Of a stretch of DNA of 64,000 nucleotides, positions 33,775-49,700 are shown one piece after another. Location: positions 9,362,001-9,426,000 of the forward strand of contig JBHGNT010000007.1 in assembly GCA_043228905.1 (NCBI GenBank), written 5' to 3'. Numbering within the stretch: position 1 is the first letter of the stretch; each line of letters starts with the position of its first letter. The DNA comes from Azolla caroliniana. Lineage: Eukaryota; Plantae; Polypodiophyta. The translations under genes and the position numbers were made by a program. A model generated the notes under the pieces. It was not told where the DNA came from, searched no databases, and was given only the letters and a program-made list of their open reading frames with translations.

Positions 33775-34757
33775 TGCCTAATCATGTTGGAAGAACATTT
33801 GTTTTACAATGTTATTAATAAATATTCTGAAGTCACATATATGTCAACAAAGACATAATTTTAAAAGGAGAGGTGAGTACATCACCCCCAATAAACTTTA
33901 GGGTTCTATCTTCATCAAAAGAGGGGAACATCTTGTGTCAAGAACCCTATTAGAGAAGGTAAAGGCTTAGACATGGGATGTTTACAATTATTGAGAGTAC
34001 TATGTATACATGCATATTGTAGGACTACATGTTTATTTGTTGGGGATATTAATTACACAAAAGAGTACTAGGTACACAATCATTAATCTTGACATCACTT
34101 TACCATAACTAACAACACAAGTTAGCATTGGTTAACAATGCGAACTAAAGGATGGCTATTAAATGACGATTTGTTACAAAATACTCTTTTCGTAATAAAG
34201 TATATATTGATTGTTGAGTGGATTACAAAATAATCTTACATGCGTTTTAACATAAATCTAAATCAAAGGTGTTTAGATCCTCTTAAATTTTAAGAGTGTG
34301 AATGATGAATGAAATATTGCATGCTAGGGTTTGTAAATAAACCCTTCAATATATAATATGGCTATCCTTTAAGAAACAAAGCAGCAATCTTTATTGCACA
34401 TTTTACGGCCTTCACATAGCCTCTTACAGAGAAATTTTCTTAATATACATTCTCTGATATAGGCATTTTATTGCACATTTTATGACCTTCAAATAGTCTT
34501 TTGGATTGTTTTGCACACAGGCATGGATGGTGGATGATCATGGTGGAGCCCAACAATAATTACCAACCCAAAGGATTCACTATCTGAATATATAGATTTT
34601 ATTGTACATGAAAAATACATAGTTTGGGTGGGGCAAAAGAAAGAATGATATATATTTAGCCTTCCTTCTAAGGAGCATAAACTTACATATCCTTCAGAAT
34701 GTTAAAGGCAATATATCCTTCCGCACTTCAAAGAATTCAGCAGGAGATAGTTCTATG

Positions 34758-37700
34758 TCAAAATTCTCCTGCCTCAACCTTTTCCAATATTTCCACCCTC
34801 GATTTTCTAGTCCATTTGTGACAAGACGCAACTAAGTTTATTAGACTTGTTACTTGCCCTTTTGTGTACTCCTGCATTATGAGCACAAGTGAAAAATCGA
34901 TAATAGAAAAAGAAGGAAAATGAGGCCCAACATTTGGTTTGAAAAATTACAATGGAAAATTTTTGAGTTGCAAATGTAAGCTTACCGGATGACCTCTAAC
35001 CCAGTGAAGATACTCGGTCTCGGGGAGATAATAAGCCTGAAAAAAGGGCATATTTTATCTGAGTTCAACTAATTAATTCAATTCTTCATACATGTGTCAG
35101 AATCACTATGGGGCAAATGAGGGTATATAGTTGTCATAAGGTTACAAAAGGCATTAAGAAAGGAAAACAAGTGTAATATCTGATGTTTGTCAATGTCTAT
35201 ATTTTCTCCCAGAAGAATACAGGATTAGATTCTTAATCCCAAAATAGTCAATTATTTCTTAAATGCAAAACACATCCAAAGACCTCACTTGCATCCTTCC
35301 AGATGAAAAGCTGGGCAGTACCTTGATATATGCTTCCACAATATGCAAATTTGAAGCAAATCTATGAGGAGCAAGATGTCTCAGTCCATTGATTAAGACT
35401 TGCAGATCTAATGACATAAGTGCACGCCCCTCGTTTGTGCACCTCTTCACACGAGATAACCCTTCAACCAGAACTTCGGCCAAAGTGTCAACTCCATACT
35501 CGAGCAGTACCTCACGAGTCTGTCATCAAGAAAAGAAAGAAATGCTAATGTGAGATCCATAGTCTCAAAATCAGATTTAACCAAGTTAACATATTATTTG
35601 ACGTCAACCTAATTCTGCCTAAGTGTTTGAAATCACTATGGTAACCTAGCATTGTAAGATCATTTCCTTGCAAAAGATAATCACCTCTTTTGAGATATCT
35701 ACATGAGCCAATTTATTTGCAAAATGCTTGAACTCTCCAAGCAAAAGGTCAACATACCTGGATAACATAAACAGAAATACATATGAATTGAAATACAATC
35801 CTGCCACAAATTTCTAGTTACATTCCAAAATAAAACTATAAATTTAAAGTGCCTATATTTTTTGAGCTCACGAAATAGCACATAATAAATCAATTTAGCA
35901 TCATGACCATAATAAAGCCATTCAACTATTTATAAGATCTATATGAAAAATATGCTTTTTGTTTCTGACAATGGGGTTACTGTACCATGAAATACAAAAA
36001 AACACTCCTAACCACATGAAAGGTTTCCACATTTTGATGACACAGTCATATAGAACACAAGGTATACTGCCATGGAGATTAAAAATACGCGATGAATAAC
36101 GAACTTCGACATTATAGAAGAAAATTACCCATTATGCTCTGTACCAAGCTCTTTTGGCTCCCACCTGACATTTCCGATCCGATCAACATATCTGGAATAG
36201 AAACAATATAATCATTCCGCCATGGATATAGATAAATAGCATACATTGTAATTTGAAAAGCCATGATAAGAGTTATTACAATTTGGGGGAATTGTCGCAG
36301 ATTAAGTAAACAAAGCATCTTAAAAGATTCAAAGAAGTAAACGCAAAACGAGACACAGAAAATATCAGGCACATACAAAAAACTACAAACACAACATAAG
36401 CTTCAGTGACCAGGTAGAAAGTCAGAGTCCATCAACATCATGCAAAGCATAGAGGCTATGACATCTCTACGATCCCAGTACCCAAGAAGAGGTGCACATG
36501 CAAAAAGAAAACGAATGAGCAGCAGTATCACTTGCTCAGAGGTGAAGAAAAATCTAGTCCATGAATTAAGCTGGCACTGAAATTCAATCAAACGAAACAA
36601 ACAAAAAACCTGACTAAAAAGAAAAGAAAGAATAGTATTTTCTTGCTATAAATTAGTCCAACACTACAAAATCAGAGTAGAGTTTGATAGTGCGTTATTT
36701 GCACTCACACTGACTTACCCACCAACATTTAAGAGCAATCTTGCAACTGTCCGGTAAACATGTTCCTGTAGATCCACAGCAACATCAACCTGGCATATTT
36801 TACATATAAGCAACGGTTCAAAAAACACTACCCTTCATCATAAGGGGCTAATATATAATCAACACAATGAGAACAACAACACATCAACCCACAATTCAAA
36901 ACCAGCTCTTCCTAGAAAAAAATAAAACCTAAATGGAAAGTAACATCAAGCAAGCAATCAGGGAAATAAGATATAGATGAACACAGAGCAACCTTTAATT
37001 TTCTGTGATGAATGATGTTCTAGTAACATTCTCAATATGTGTTCTAATAATACTACCTTACCAGGACATCTCCTGACATAAAGCAATGGTCCATTACGAC
37101 ATGTTCAACAACACACAATAAAACATTGTCAGCTCATTAGTAAACTGGAAAGCACAAGCTGTACAGCCATTGTATGAGATATAACCTCTAATCTATAGCA
37201 CTGGGCAATCTCATTATTGGTGACTCATGAGCATCCTCATTGAAAGACCCATCGGGGTTTGCATACGTGCCTGAGTCAGATATATAATGATCAAACTATT
37301 ACTATGGAAAGACCAAGGTTGACTATCCTTGTGCTAATTTTAAGATAATTTACACACCCAAAGAGTACCAATAAACCACTTTGTTATAATATTAACTTTC
37401 CGAGGCACTAAAATTCAAGCTCAAATTCAATATTGTAAAGCTTTAAAAGACACTTTGCTTACTGTGCGACTATAGAAATTATCTAGAGAAGCCAGTGCAT
37501 CCTGGGGTAGCAGCATCTGTAAGTGAGAACGTGATTTCCTCAACATATGAGAAACGCAAAGCAAAGACTCAATGGCAACAAACCGTTCCTGCATCACACA
37601 CTCAGAAAGTTAGCCCTAGTTTGTGCAGCAAGAATCTCCAGCAAAAACAAGTTTCATATAGCTTCTGCCCTTTTGTACTGAATTCTTATAAATTTACAAA

Positions 37701-40700
37701 AAGACAGCATCCACACTAAAAACATCATACTATTAATACATTTCTGCCTTGAAATTCATTTAGTACAATGCGAAGAAAATATAATATCAAAAGAATGCAT
37801 TATCATTGAAAACCTATATGCCAAGGCTTTCGAAAACATGTGTATTGGATAGGTTTCATGCTAGAGGAAGGGAAACAAATCTGGGCATTCTTCGTTATAA
37901 GAAATTAAATGGAACGTCTGCAAAAGGCAAAATTCCAAAAGTCAACATATCAATCCCAGCTATCCACTAATGCAAAAAGAAAATATTGATCCTAGAAAGA
38001 AAGATATATGAACGTCTTTAAGAGGCCAAAATGTCTATAGGACCAAACAAAAGATTACATCTTAAAATGTTGTCTAGTCTTTGAGAACAACAAACCAAAA
38101 CAAATGTAACTAGGTAAAAAACTGCATAAAATGCAAGTGACTAAAGAACTCTGTATCTATACATGTATAAATCTTAAGTCAGATAGCTTGTAATTTTATC
38201 TTCAATAGATCAACAGCATAGGGTCAATCCAGAACAGAGAGACCACTGAAGACAGGGGAGCACTTGTGATGGCGGGAGGGCCTCTATCGGTCAATGACAA
38301 CGGTGGTGAGACTGTGGTCAACTAGACCGAGGAATACATGCACGACAAATTGCCATTACTTGATCTATTATCACCCCTTTGGAATGTCCTAGTCCCAAAA
38401 CCCATTTGTGTAGCTCATGATTGACTTATAGCATGAGTAGTGTGATGGAGTGGGCTAAGAAAGTTGTGATTGTTCTTTGTTGATAATTTGTGCGGTTATG
38501 TTGTTGTCCTTCAAAAACTTCTCCCTATATCATTATACAAGCATCGGTATGATGAATCCATCCTCTTATGTGTGCAAAAAGTGTGCCTTATAGTGGGCCA
38601 TCTTCCTACCAAGAGACGTTGGGGGGTTGATCCATGTTCTTCTGATATATAGCTTGATAGCATCAATTCAGATTATTCTATTCTTTTCAACTTTGGTCAT
38701 GTTCAAATGATATTGGAATGGGGTTAGCGCATTCATGCTTATGCCAAGTGACTCGAACCATAGTTGCATTTCAGCATACCAACAATGATTATCTCCGTAT
38801 TTAGCAAATTGTTTTAATGACATTAGTGCTAACCTTGTGTAGCTTCATTTCGAGAGCTCCCAAAGCCGTTCGATACCAGACACTGATCAGAACAATGCCT
38901 TGATGATTATTGGGCCTTTTTGTATGGCATGCAACTAGGTTTTCTTTCTTCCTATCTTCTTTACCCAAAGGCTTTGGGAGCTCCCTAAACAAAGTTTTAA
39001 GACAGCATTTTAAGATGTAATCTCTTGTTTGGTCTATAGGTCATTTTGGCCTCTTAAAAGGTGTTAATGTATCTTTCTTTGTTATTTCAGCTTGTTCCAT
39101 CTCCTTTTATTAATAATTTAAAATATTTTCAATTTTCTATTGACAGTATTCTACATTAGGTATATTATTTTAACAGCTATTTGTGAAAATGGCCCTCTTT
39201 ATTTCCATAACTGTAAGAATACTCATAACTTTTTAGAAATTGTTAGAATGCACTGAAACCCAGAAACACCAATGGTAACAAAGAAAGGACAAAAGCTTTT
39301 AGTGCCAGTTTCTTCATTGTTCTAGCACCACACTACCAATTTGAATGGTGTTCTTGCATCTGACCACTACCAATTTAGAGCATGGTTCTTACACTTTAAA
39401 TGAGATTTCAAAAGTTCAGCATCAGGGGGATGTATTGTTTCTTTCCTCAAACACATTTGCATTTTCTATTTCAGAGTAGTCTTTTCTCGAGGCTTAATCT
39501 AATAGAATAGAAATTCCCTAATACTGAAATTCATTGTGGTGAAGTTTAAGTATAGATACAGATTACGATGCAAAGACTCAGAATATTCATGGAATTTATT
39601 TGCTTCTGTAATTCGCAATAGCACAAGATACGAAATTCATGCAATTTGGAGAGCAAACTTGTCATAATCTCTAGCATGTAGCAATAAAGAAACCTTTTTA
39701 GCTTTTTTGGCAAAGAAATATATAAAGAGGTTTAGTGAACACCGTGACTATAAATCTTCAAAATTCCTCGACTATTTTGCTGAAAAGCTTGTGTCACTAT
39801 TTCGCACATCAGCTTATAATGCCAAAAAGATTGCCCTCAACATAATCTAGAGAGAAAGTTGTCTGTCATCAACTCCTCTCTATGTCTCATGAGTTCTAAT
39901 AAGAGCAGTCCCAATCATGGTTGGTCTTCATATTCAATGAAATTGCCTTATGTGTCAAACCGCTGATATCTACCTTTATTTCATAAAAACATCATGGATT
40001 CCAGGCCCCCCCCCAATTGAAAATTTGGCCGATCCATTCTTTCAAAGGTTTGCATGCATATATATTTATCTAAATTTCTAACTAATGCGAAGTTTTTCTG
40101 AGCTGCCTATTACAGTAGAGAGAGCATGAGATAGATGTGCATCCATATCAAAAGGCCTGATAATGAAACCATCTTGTGATGTGTGTAAACAGAGTGCCTT
40201 GTGGTGGGCCATCTTCCTGCTGAGAGATGTGTAGCTCATCCATGTTCTTTCATTATCTAATTGAATGATATCAGGTCACATCACACTATTTTTTTCCACT
40301 GTAGTCATGTTCAGGCGTGGACAATCCAAGCTATGTTAAAATGGGGGTAGTGCACCTATACTTATGCCATGCAATTGGAAACATTCCTGCATTTCAGCCA
40401 GCTTCAGCCAAAAACAATTGTCTCCAGTTTCAGCCAGCTATTTTAATGGCATAAGTATCCATTGGCTATCAATAACTGATTGAGGTAATGCCTTGGTTAT
40501 TATTAGGGCTGCTCCAATCTCAGCCCAGATAGTACCATGTTATGCTTTGCTCCCTGTTATGCAGCAACCATCGAGATTAAAGATCATTAAATCTGTCCAG
40601 TTATGAGCCCCATAAAGGTTTGGTCCCAAATTTCTACTGTGTAACGAAGAGTTGGTGTTCTGACAATATCAAACAACCACAATTTAGTTTGTGGTTCATG

Positions 40701-43700
40701 GAACTAGAAATGTGCCACATTGTCTTTCAATGGCACCAAGGGCTGCATATCCACATGAAAACCAAGTGTAGGCAGTCTCCTGTAGGCGGAGCCGAGGCTT
40801 TTTGAATGTTACTCATATATATGTGCAAGATAATGAGACCAACTTTTCCTTTCCCAAGAAGAATTCAAGTTCTGATGTTGTAACTCCAAGGGCTTCTAGT
40901 TGGCTGCAGTAACCAAGCACACTATATAGTGTGGAGGAATTTCAAGAAATTCACAAAGCAACACTAGATTCTTTATTTATGGTTTCTGGGCTGGGAGGGC
41001 TAATGTGTGATCCAAAGTTGTGAACCCTTTTCAGAAACTTATCTGTCTAGATGAACTGCAGCCATTTCTCTCTGCCCAACACAAATTCTGACTCTAGGAT
41101 CGAAGATTATAGTTTAGCGAAGTAATGACCAATCATAATAGTCCTATAATTGCTAGGTATTATGGAATTTCCACTCTTGAAAATTGGTACAAAGTTATGT
41201 TCAGTCCAGCTACTACGAAGCCTTCACACCTAGAAGAGAATTCGTTCTCACAACCACTTAAGGAGATACGCACATTATACTCAGAAGAGTTATATGAACT
41301 CTACTTGCAGTAGCTTTAATTCGATTGAGAATTCCATGTAGATGTTTAATGACTTGCAATGAATAGTTTTGGAAATTTGCTAGTTCATCATGTTGTGCTG
41401 TTTGGTAGTGCTCATTGTCTTCCACTTTCATAAATGCACTATTTGCCCTCATATCACTGAGTTGTAGATGAACGTAAGCAACTTTTGATCATAATAAGGA
41501 TTCTGTTTCAATTTTCTGACAACAGTTGATCAATTCTGCAAAGAATGTATATTCATTATAACTGCCAGCGAAATCCATTTGGGCAGAAAAATCACAAGGG
41601 GAGCCATCAGCCAAACTAGTCGCAGCCCTAATTTGGGCCATTTTGACAATTGCTAAAAAGTTAGCAGTAGTTTCACAATTATCAAAAATAAAGAGGGGTA
41701 TTTCACAAATAGCTCTTACTGTATACAATAAACCGTAAACCTAGTTTGGTTAAAAGATGGTAGTTCACAAAAGAACCAAATGTTACTAACCCATTTGAAC
41801 AGTGGAGTAACAATGTAGCGTGTTAATGAACTTCTACTACGAGGATAGATACAACAATATATTTCTTCGTTTATGATAACATGTCCATGGAACTGTTAAA
41901 TAACGGATCAGGATTCTAAGTTGCATTTTATCACCCCACAGTAATAAGGAAATTTTTCCAATGTTTTTTGTTGTTTACGTTTTTGTTTTTCAGCATGCAC
42001 ATTGTGATTTGGACTCACAAGAATATATTTCTACATCTTTACCATTCTACATTTTCAACCCTCATTCCCCATCTCTAATCCGTGCTCTACAATCGTTTGG
42101 ATACAAAAATATTAGAAGTCTAATACATATCAAAAGCAACCTTTAATCCTTATATGTGAGAATGAAAATATTATGAGCAACTACATCTGAACATTAAAAA
42201 GGATGACACAGAATCAGTATTTGTACCCACATACCTTTAGGCCATGCATATTCACTGCAGACAAAAATGTGTTTGTGGCTCCCTGGATGGAGTTTAAATG
42301 GGTAAAATCTGGGCTCAACTGGATGCCTGAAGTCTGGAGCGGTTGCTGATTGATTGTACTGACACCATTCTTAGAACGCTGATCTTCTAAACCTTGAGAT
42401 ATACGAACCAACGTAGCTCGCAATCGAGTTGTCAACACTGCAATTAGTATAAGCAGAATCTTTCATGAATGTAAAGAAAATGAGTCTACATTTTCTTTTC
42501 AATTAACCACAAATTTTCAATCGAATATACTAATTAGAGAAAACGGGGATTGGAGGTTACGATTGGGATTATCAGCTTGTCCTCGAGTGCCAGTAAAGGC
42601 ATCGCGATGCCCAAAGATCTTGAAAATACAGTGGAAATACAATTCAAATAACTGCCCAAAACCCTGTAAAAAAATCATTAAGAAATCTCAGATTACTTTA
42701 AAAGCTAAAACCACGATTGAGAACCATAAAAAGGCAGTTTAATAATAAGACAATTTTCAGTTCAAAGAATGTTGCATCTGAATTCCGAACCATACAAAAA
42801 CAGCCATCGAATACAACAATTTCATGTCAAACTAAACATATACATAATTTTTAAATTCGAACAGATGGATATGAGCTAAGAACAATTCTAAAATAAAGAA
42901 TTATAAACTGTTTAAAAGGAATGAAAAACAGATAAATCCAAAGCTCTAAACTAGGCTAAACATTAGGCTACTCTTAATTTCTAATTATTTTTTATAAAAC
43001 CTGATTATAGATAGGTGCTTCTATTTCTGCATTAGACAAGATGTAAACATATATCTACATCTCAATAGAATGTAAATGGTCTATCCATATATTTATTTTT
43101 TGGAATGTGTATAAATAAATGTACATGTTCATTGGCTGTAGTAGAAAGTACTTGTCAATTACTCAGGAATAGGAAATCAAGATGCCGAAGGAATCTTAAT
43201 ATTCAACGGTAAGGAGAGCATGCTGATGCTGAAACTATCTTACTGCAAAGCAAATTATGTCCCGATATATTAATCTTCTTTGAAATTAAATGTATAATAT
43301 TGGCCCCATTTGCCAAAAAAGCATGAGATTTGTGGCAGTTAGCATGTATCTAAAGTAGACTTGAGAATTAAGTTAATCAATAGAAACCTCTGCATTATGC
43401 ACGGTACAACCTATTACCATGAAAGAGATGTCAACAAAGGTAATGAACAGACCAAAAAGACACTAATATATAGGAAAAGCTAAAATGATCTTCAACTCAA
43501 AAAGACATTAATATTTGCAGATGAGATGGGATCCAATACAATGCTGGACAACAAGGAAAAACAAAAGGAGATGACAAATTCTATTCATCATACAAAATGG
43601 ATACTACATTGAGCAAGTATAGTATAAATTGGGTGAGAATTGGTACTACTTCTACTCATACAAAGGCAAGGAGATCATCGCATGAGATCCTGCAAGGGCC

Positions 43701-46700
43701 CTTTTAAAATCAACATGCTCCATGATAAGATGCCGAGGCAGTGCCTGCCATGGTGCCTCAGATTGTGAAGAAGTCAGGCATTTCAGGTATTCGCGAACTT
43801 CAATGTGCCCCAGGTGCTGTTTTGGCCGTGAGACAAGTGGCCTCTATCAATCTCCATGGACCATAGATCTGAACTGCTGATAACCAAGTGAGGTAACCAA
43901 AGTTTCAAAGAACCAAACATCGCACATGGTTAATAAGACTGAGCCTGGAAAAGAACCCTTTCTACCCTCCCAAAGCTGCATTATTGCATTAAATTTGACC
44001 CGGTAAAAACTACTGCACTATCTTTGGCCATAAATCAAAACTGGTGTTGATTTCCTGACCCATAGTGGTAATCCCTCTTATGTTAGAATTCTCCAACATT
44101 ATTCCACAAAAACCATCACCCCATATCAGCTCATGTGGAACTCTTAAGCCCTTTAATCTACCCATCGATCAGAATTCAGGATCATAGCAAAAACTTTCCA
44201 AAAATCCACAAACCTACAGTATATTTGCTCCTTGATCTGAAATGTAAAGATATGCGATATGGTAGAGACCCTTCTCCTCAAACCAGCTTGTCCCTCAACT
44301 CAAATACCTTCTTTCTCTGCTAACATGCCCAACCCATTCTTAGAAATAGATGCATATAGTTTGGCCATAGAATGACCAATCACGATATTGTAGTCGTTTG
44401 TTGGGAGATGCCAATCTCCTGAAATGAGAATAGGCATAATGGTGACAATACCCCAAGGTCTCTGAGAATGCTTCACACAACTCAGTTAGCCATGAAGGCC
44501 AAGAGCTCTGCAATATTATCTCAAGCATATATAAAATGCTCCACTACAATATCTTCGTGATTTGTCCTCTCCTTGGTGCACATTTGCAGTTCCAAGAGCC
44601 ACGGACTAAGCTATGGTTATTTGATACACTTGACACACCAACTCTTCTCTATGGAGTAGAAACATGGGGACCGAGTCTTAACCAGGCAAATCATTGGAAA
44701 GATTTAGAGAGACCTTTAGTGTCAATGATTGCTCGCACGATAAGGAGCAAAGCATCGGTGCCCCACGATATAATCCGGGCAGAGATGGGAGCAGCACCTA
44801 TAATAACCGAGGCATTGTTCCGATCAGTGACATTTATCCAACGTCTTTGGGAGCTCCCTAAACGAAGGTACCCAAGGTTGGCACTTATGTCATTAAGACA
44901 ACTGGCTGAAAATGGAGACAACTAGCTCATGCAGTGTACAAAAAGACTCCATACACATGACAAGTATCAAGAGAAGGCATGGCCATGCCTCTCGGATTCC
45001 TTACTCAGAAATAATGTATAAATCTGTTTCTAAATATGTGTTAGAAAATCTCTATTCTATGAAATCCAGAAGATGGTGCCCCATTCCAAGATAAGTAGAC
45101 ATACAAGTAGATATTAGACACATAACATAAATAGACAGATAAATAGATAGAGATACATATATTAATCTTCTCACTCACTAGCAGTAATAAAGAATATGTA
45201 GCAAAACTCTCAAAATTAATAAAAATCAGAGATATCAAAAATAACAATAGTATGTTACATCGATTAGAAGTACGCTTAACAGTGAGATAGAACTTACTCG
45301 GAAAACCTCTGAAGCAATGGGTTGCAGTATCTGCATCAGCCTTGCATATTTATCCATATATCTGAGATTAGAAAAATCTCATTATCAAAACTCCATCATT
45401 CAAAAGAAGTAGATTTCAGAACTATTCACTAAAAACAACTATAGACTGTGGAAGTTGTTTCTACGTTCATTATAGCTGTTACAGTGATGAAATATATCAG
45501 TTAAGATGCATCAACTACATACCTAGACTAGGCTACATTTTTCGAAGAAATTATAAGTCAAGAGTCTATGAACTAAGGAAGACCTCTAGCTTTGATCATC
45601 TACAATATATTTTGAGTCTCCTTTATGGTTTCATCAACAGATAAGAAAACATATTATAATATGTAATCAACCTTATAACTTAACAGCTACCAAAGCTGGA
45701 GATTAAATGAAGCTTGAAATCTTAGAAGAGAGTAATGAATCCTGTAAGACATAGCGTATAAAAACATATATCATGGATGCATATTGATGCTAACGATAAG
45801 AAATATGAATGAATTTCCAAATGAAGGCATAATATGGCAATATAGGCAAGATAGAACATTAAAACTTTATCGTTTAAAAATATGGCAGTATCATCACACT
45901 TAGGCGTCAACCATGAGGATGAAATTGAAATATTTCAGATGCAGGTTAAAAACATCAAGAAGGAAGTTTTGAAATTGCCTTAAAATACCAACGGCTGATC
46001 CTGTCAAAATCAAATCTTCATCAGTGATGACTTGACCTCGCTTATCTTTAGATCTGCCATTGTTTGAACCCCTATAGACTCTACTTGGAAGTTGACTATC
46101 TTCATCAATGAAATCAGCCAATAGATCTTCATCCTCATCCTCATTAAGCTCATCATTCAAATTGGAATCATGGTGCTCCATTGTACCATTTGTCATTGTT
46201 CCACAAGATGCAGCATCTGAAACCTTGAATTGATCGTTATCTGTTCTGGATATATTGCTTTCTCCCATCATTTTTGTTGCATGTTTGAAATCAGTATTTG
46301 CCAATGTAACGCCCTGACTTTTCCTTTCACTAAAAGGATTTCCTTTCTCTAGCCAAAAAGCAAATCCAGCTTTGCTCTCTTCTTTCCCAGGCATTCCCTG
46401 ATCTGATAAAGTATGACTGCTCCTTGAATCACTTTCCCTAGACAAACCCAACGGGGATCCCATAAGTACCGGAGCACCATCACCCAATAATCCAGCCAAA
46501 TTAACGGTCTTAATAGCAGCTGGAGGAAGTTGTTGCCATAATTCCTTCTCAAGCATCATGCGCAAAACCTGGCAAGCCAAATCAAATGTAAGATTCAGGA
46601 ACATTCAGATGCTATAGCATAAGAAAAGTAAAATAACTTCCTTTCCTTCATCATAATGTTTTCCCTTATTTTAACATTTAGTATGGGCTTCCTATGGATT

Positions 46701-49700
46701 TAAATCTTTGGTATAAGTTAGCACTATGCATATTTCCATTTTTGGACTATGATCTTTAGAATAGGATTCTGGTGCATACAGAGGAACTTTGAAGTCACAC
46801 CAGTCAGACTATAGTTTGGTTATATAATAATATCCTGCCACTCAATTGTGCACCTTTACATATTCATGTAGGATATGCTCACTCTCATGTTGTTATGCAC
46901 AAAATAGTAACATCACTAGGACCATAGGAAAATTCTTCCGAAGACATGATAATTGCTCTAGAGAATTCAAATATTCTCAACTCTTTTAGTTTAATGGATA
47001 CATTGTAAGAAAGCATACACAATTCTGTACAGATTATATCATTTTCCAAAATGCCACAAGATATGTGAAGCATTACCTCTAAATTTTGTCGATGAAAGGT
47101 ACTGAAATACTTTTCGCACAACTTCACAAGTTTGGATCTAAGTGATATAGCTTCTGCACCACTAAATGCCTCCCCGGCCAAAACAAACTTGTTGACCCAA
47201 TCCAAGCTCTGAAGGAAATGATGTGGGCTGGTAGTACACAATGCATCACATGAAAGTAAGGCTGACACACGACGGGCAGCAAGCTCCCACACATGTTTTC
47301 GTCCTTTGTCTAATGCTTTGCTGACACTGACAATAGTCTCACTTCTCATGTTCTCTGTGAGATCACTAAGAGAACCTTGAACCACAGCTTCATCAATTAC
47401 TTTCCCAATATCCTGATCTTCACCCAACGAGAGGTCATCCGTTTCACCACCAATAGCAAAAGTAGAGCCAATATTGCACAAGGAATCCGATGCAGTATTA
47501 TAGAGAACACCCTGCGAGTTTAAGCCATGTTCTATTGTTGTTGACACCTGATGCTCAGCAGATTCAATTTTCTTATTTTCACTCACAGAATCTGTTGTTC
47601 TATTTCCATAATCACGAGTAACAATTGCTTGAGATTGATTGTCTTTAGTTAGCCTCTCTCTTTCCTGTACAAACGAAGTTCAAAACAGCTGAATTATACA
47701 TCACAACCTCCAATGTCGATGGTAAAAGTGTGACAAAAATCCAACTCAATAGATTAATTGTATACAGCTCATTGATTTAGGGTTGTCTCGTATATGAAGC
47801 CACCTTTCTGTTTTATTAGTTATTATACTCATTATTTTTGTTTTTCCCTAACTATAGGAATGCTCCATCTTTCCATTTCTTGGCTCCATCGCTCACACAA
47901 CCTTTTCTAATTAATATGATATGCCAAAACCAATGCATTTTCATTTTCAAAGTAAATTCCTTCTTCCGAAATTTGAGTTTTTCCATCCAATGCAGCAGTT
48001 TATTAATCTAAATGTTTCTTCATATCTCACTTCATTTTGTTTCTTTATCTTCAGGAATTCCCATTCCTTTCTTTTAAACACCAAAAGCAAAATATGTAGT
48101 CCAAAAACCCAATTCTTTGGTATGCATGAAACTGAATATGTGAGGTATTGGATCTGAAACAGCACACTATGCAAGCAAGCCAGTCCGACTATAAACCACT
48201 GTAGAGTGCCTGCCAGAGAAGAAAAAGGACAATTCTGGCCCCAGAACATAGAGAATATTACATCTCTCATCATCTGCATCTACTGAAGACTAAATCCAAA
48301 GCCCCCATAAGTACTGTACCAGCATATCCTAGATCGTCTACTCTGAAGAAAACATTACTGATGGCATTCAACATTACTGATGCAACAGTATGTTCTTACC
48401 TAATGAGAGCTACTAAAGACAGTCAACATCATTGAATAGACTTTGGTGATAATAATCCCATTCGCCTAGATACCATGAGATATGTACTGAGGGTCTAAAT
48501 TTCACATCCATGATCTTCAGTGCAGTTTACAGAAAGTGAAACCAGGAATACAAGGGTCAATTTGACAGATCTACCCCACAAATTTGTTCCCTGAAAAAGC
48601 CTAGAATGCACTGCCTAAACCAGCCATCCGAAAATTATAAAAGTATTCTGTTGAGTAAGCAACCATAATTGGTGCACAGTTACTTAGGGAACCTATTATC
48701 CAATGCCATGGAAAATTTGTTTGTCTGTTAGTATGAAGTGCATTCATTAATCTATACACAGCACAATCTTGACTCCAGGATCAAATTTCCATGATATATC
48801 TGAGCATTTGCCAAGAGAGCTATTATTGAGAGAAACAAAGTCCTGAATCCCAATTATGCAAATTGAGAGAGTAGGGATTCCATGTAAGCGCCTACAACTG
48901 AAGTTCTTTTTGGATGGGAAGATGTCAATAAATCAACTCCATGATCGGGCTGTACCATGCCTTTATAAGACTGTCTTCTGGAAATGTAGCTTGAAAATCC
49001 TTGTTAACACTGTTGATAAGAAATTTTGCAAGGTCAATCGCCTTTAGCTAATGAAGACTGGAATCTTTGATTTCTGGCTTTAACTTTCTGTTTACTCCAT
49101 TACGTGGTTTATCTTTGCAGTTAGTATAGACGCCACACAATTTTGCAAGGCCAATCGACTTTTATCTAAAGATTTGATTTCTGGCCTTAACTTTCTGTTT
49201 ACTCCATGAAGTGCTTTCTCTTTGTGGTTAGTATAGATACCATGTAACAGCAAAAACCTCCATTAACGATCATATTTGAAAGTCAATTGTCATTGCCATG
49301 CTGATCTACTGCATAAATCTCAATACAAACTACTCATATACACTAAGAAAGTATAGAGAGTGGCAGATACAAAGTAATAATTGCATAAATAAAAGTGCAA
49401 AAATTAGCATACCTTCATAGGTGGTTGCCAAATCATCATTGAAAAATAAGAACACATAAGATCAAACAACACCTCCAATGTTTTATGAAGACATTGTCGA
49501 AACTTTGGTTCTGACAACTGCACACAAAGATCATTATATGGCAGCCTGCACAATAATCATGCACACATGTTACATGAACTTAATCAGACTGTCTTAATCA
49601 AAAGTTTATTGCATCACTAAACCAATCGTCAATGTATTAATTGAATCTGAAAATAGTTAAAAATATTCAGAGGTCAATGAGATAGTCATTCTATGATGGC

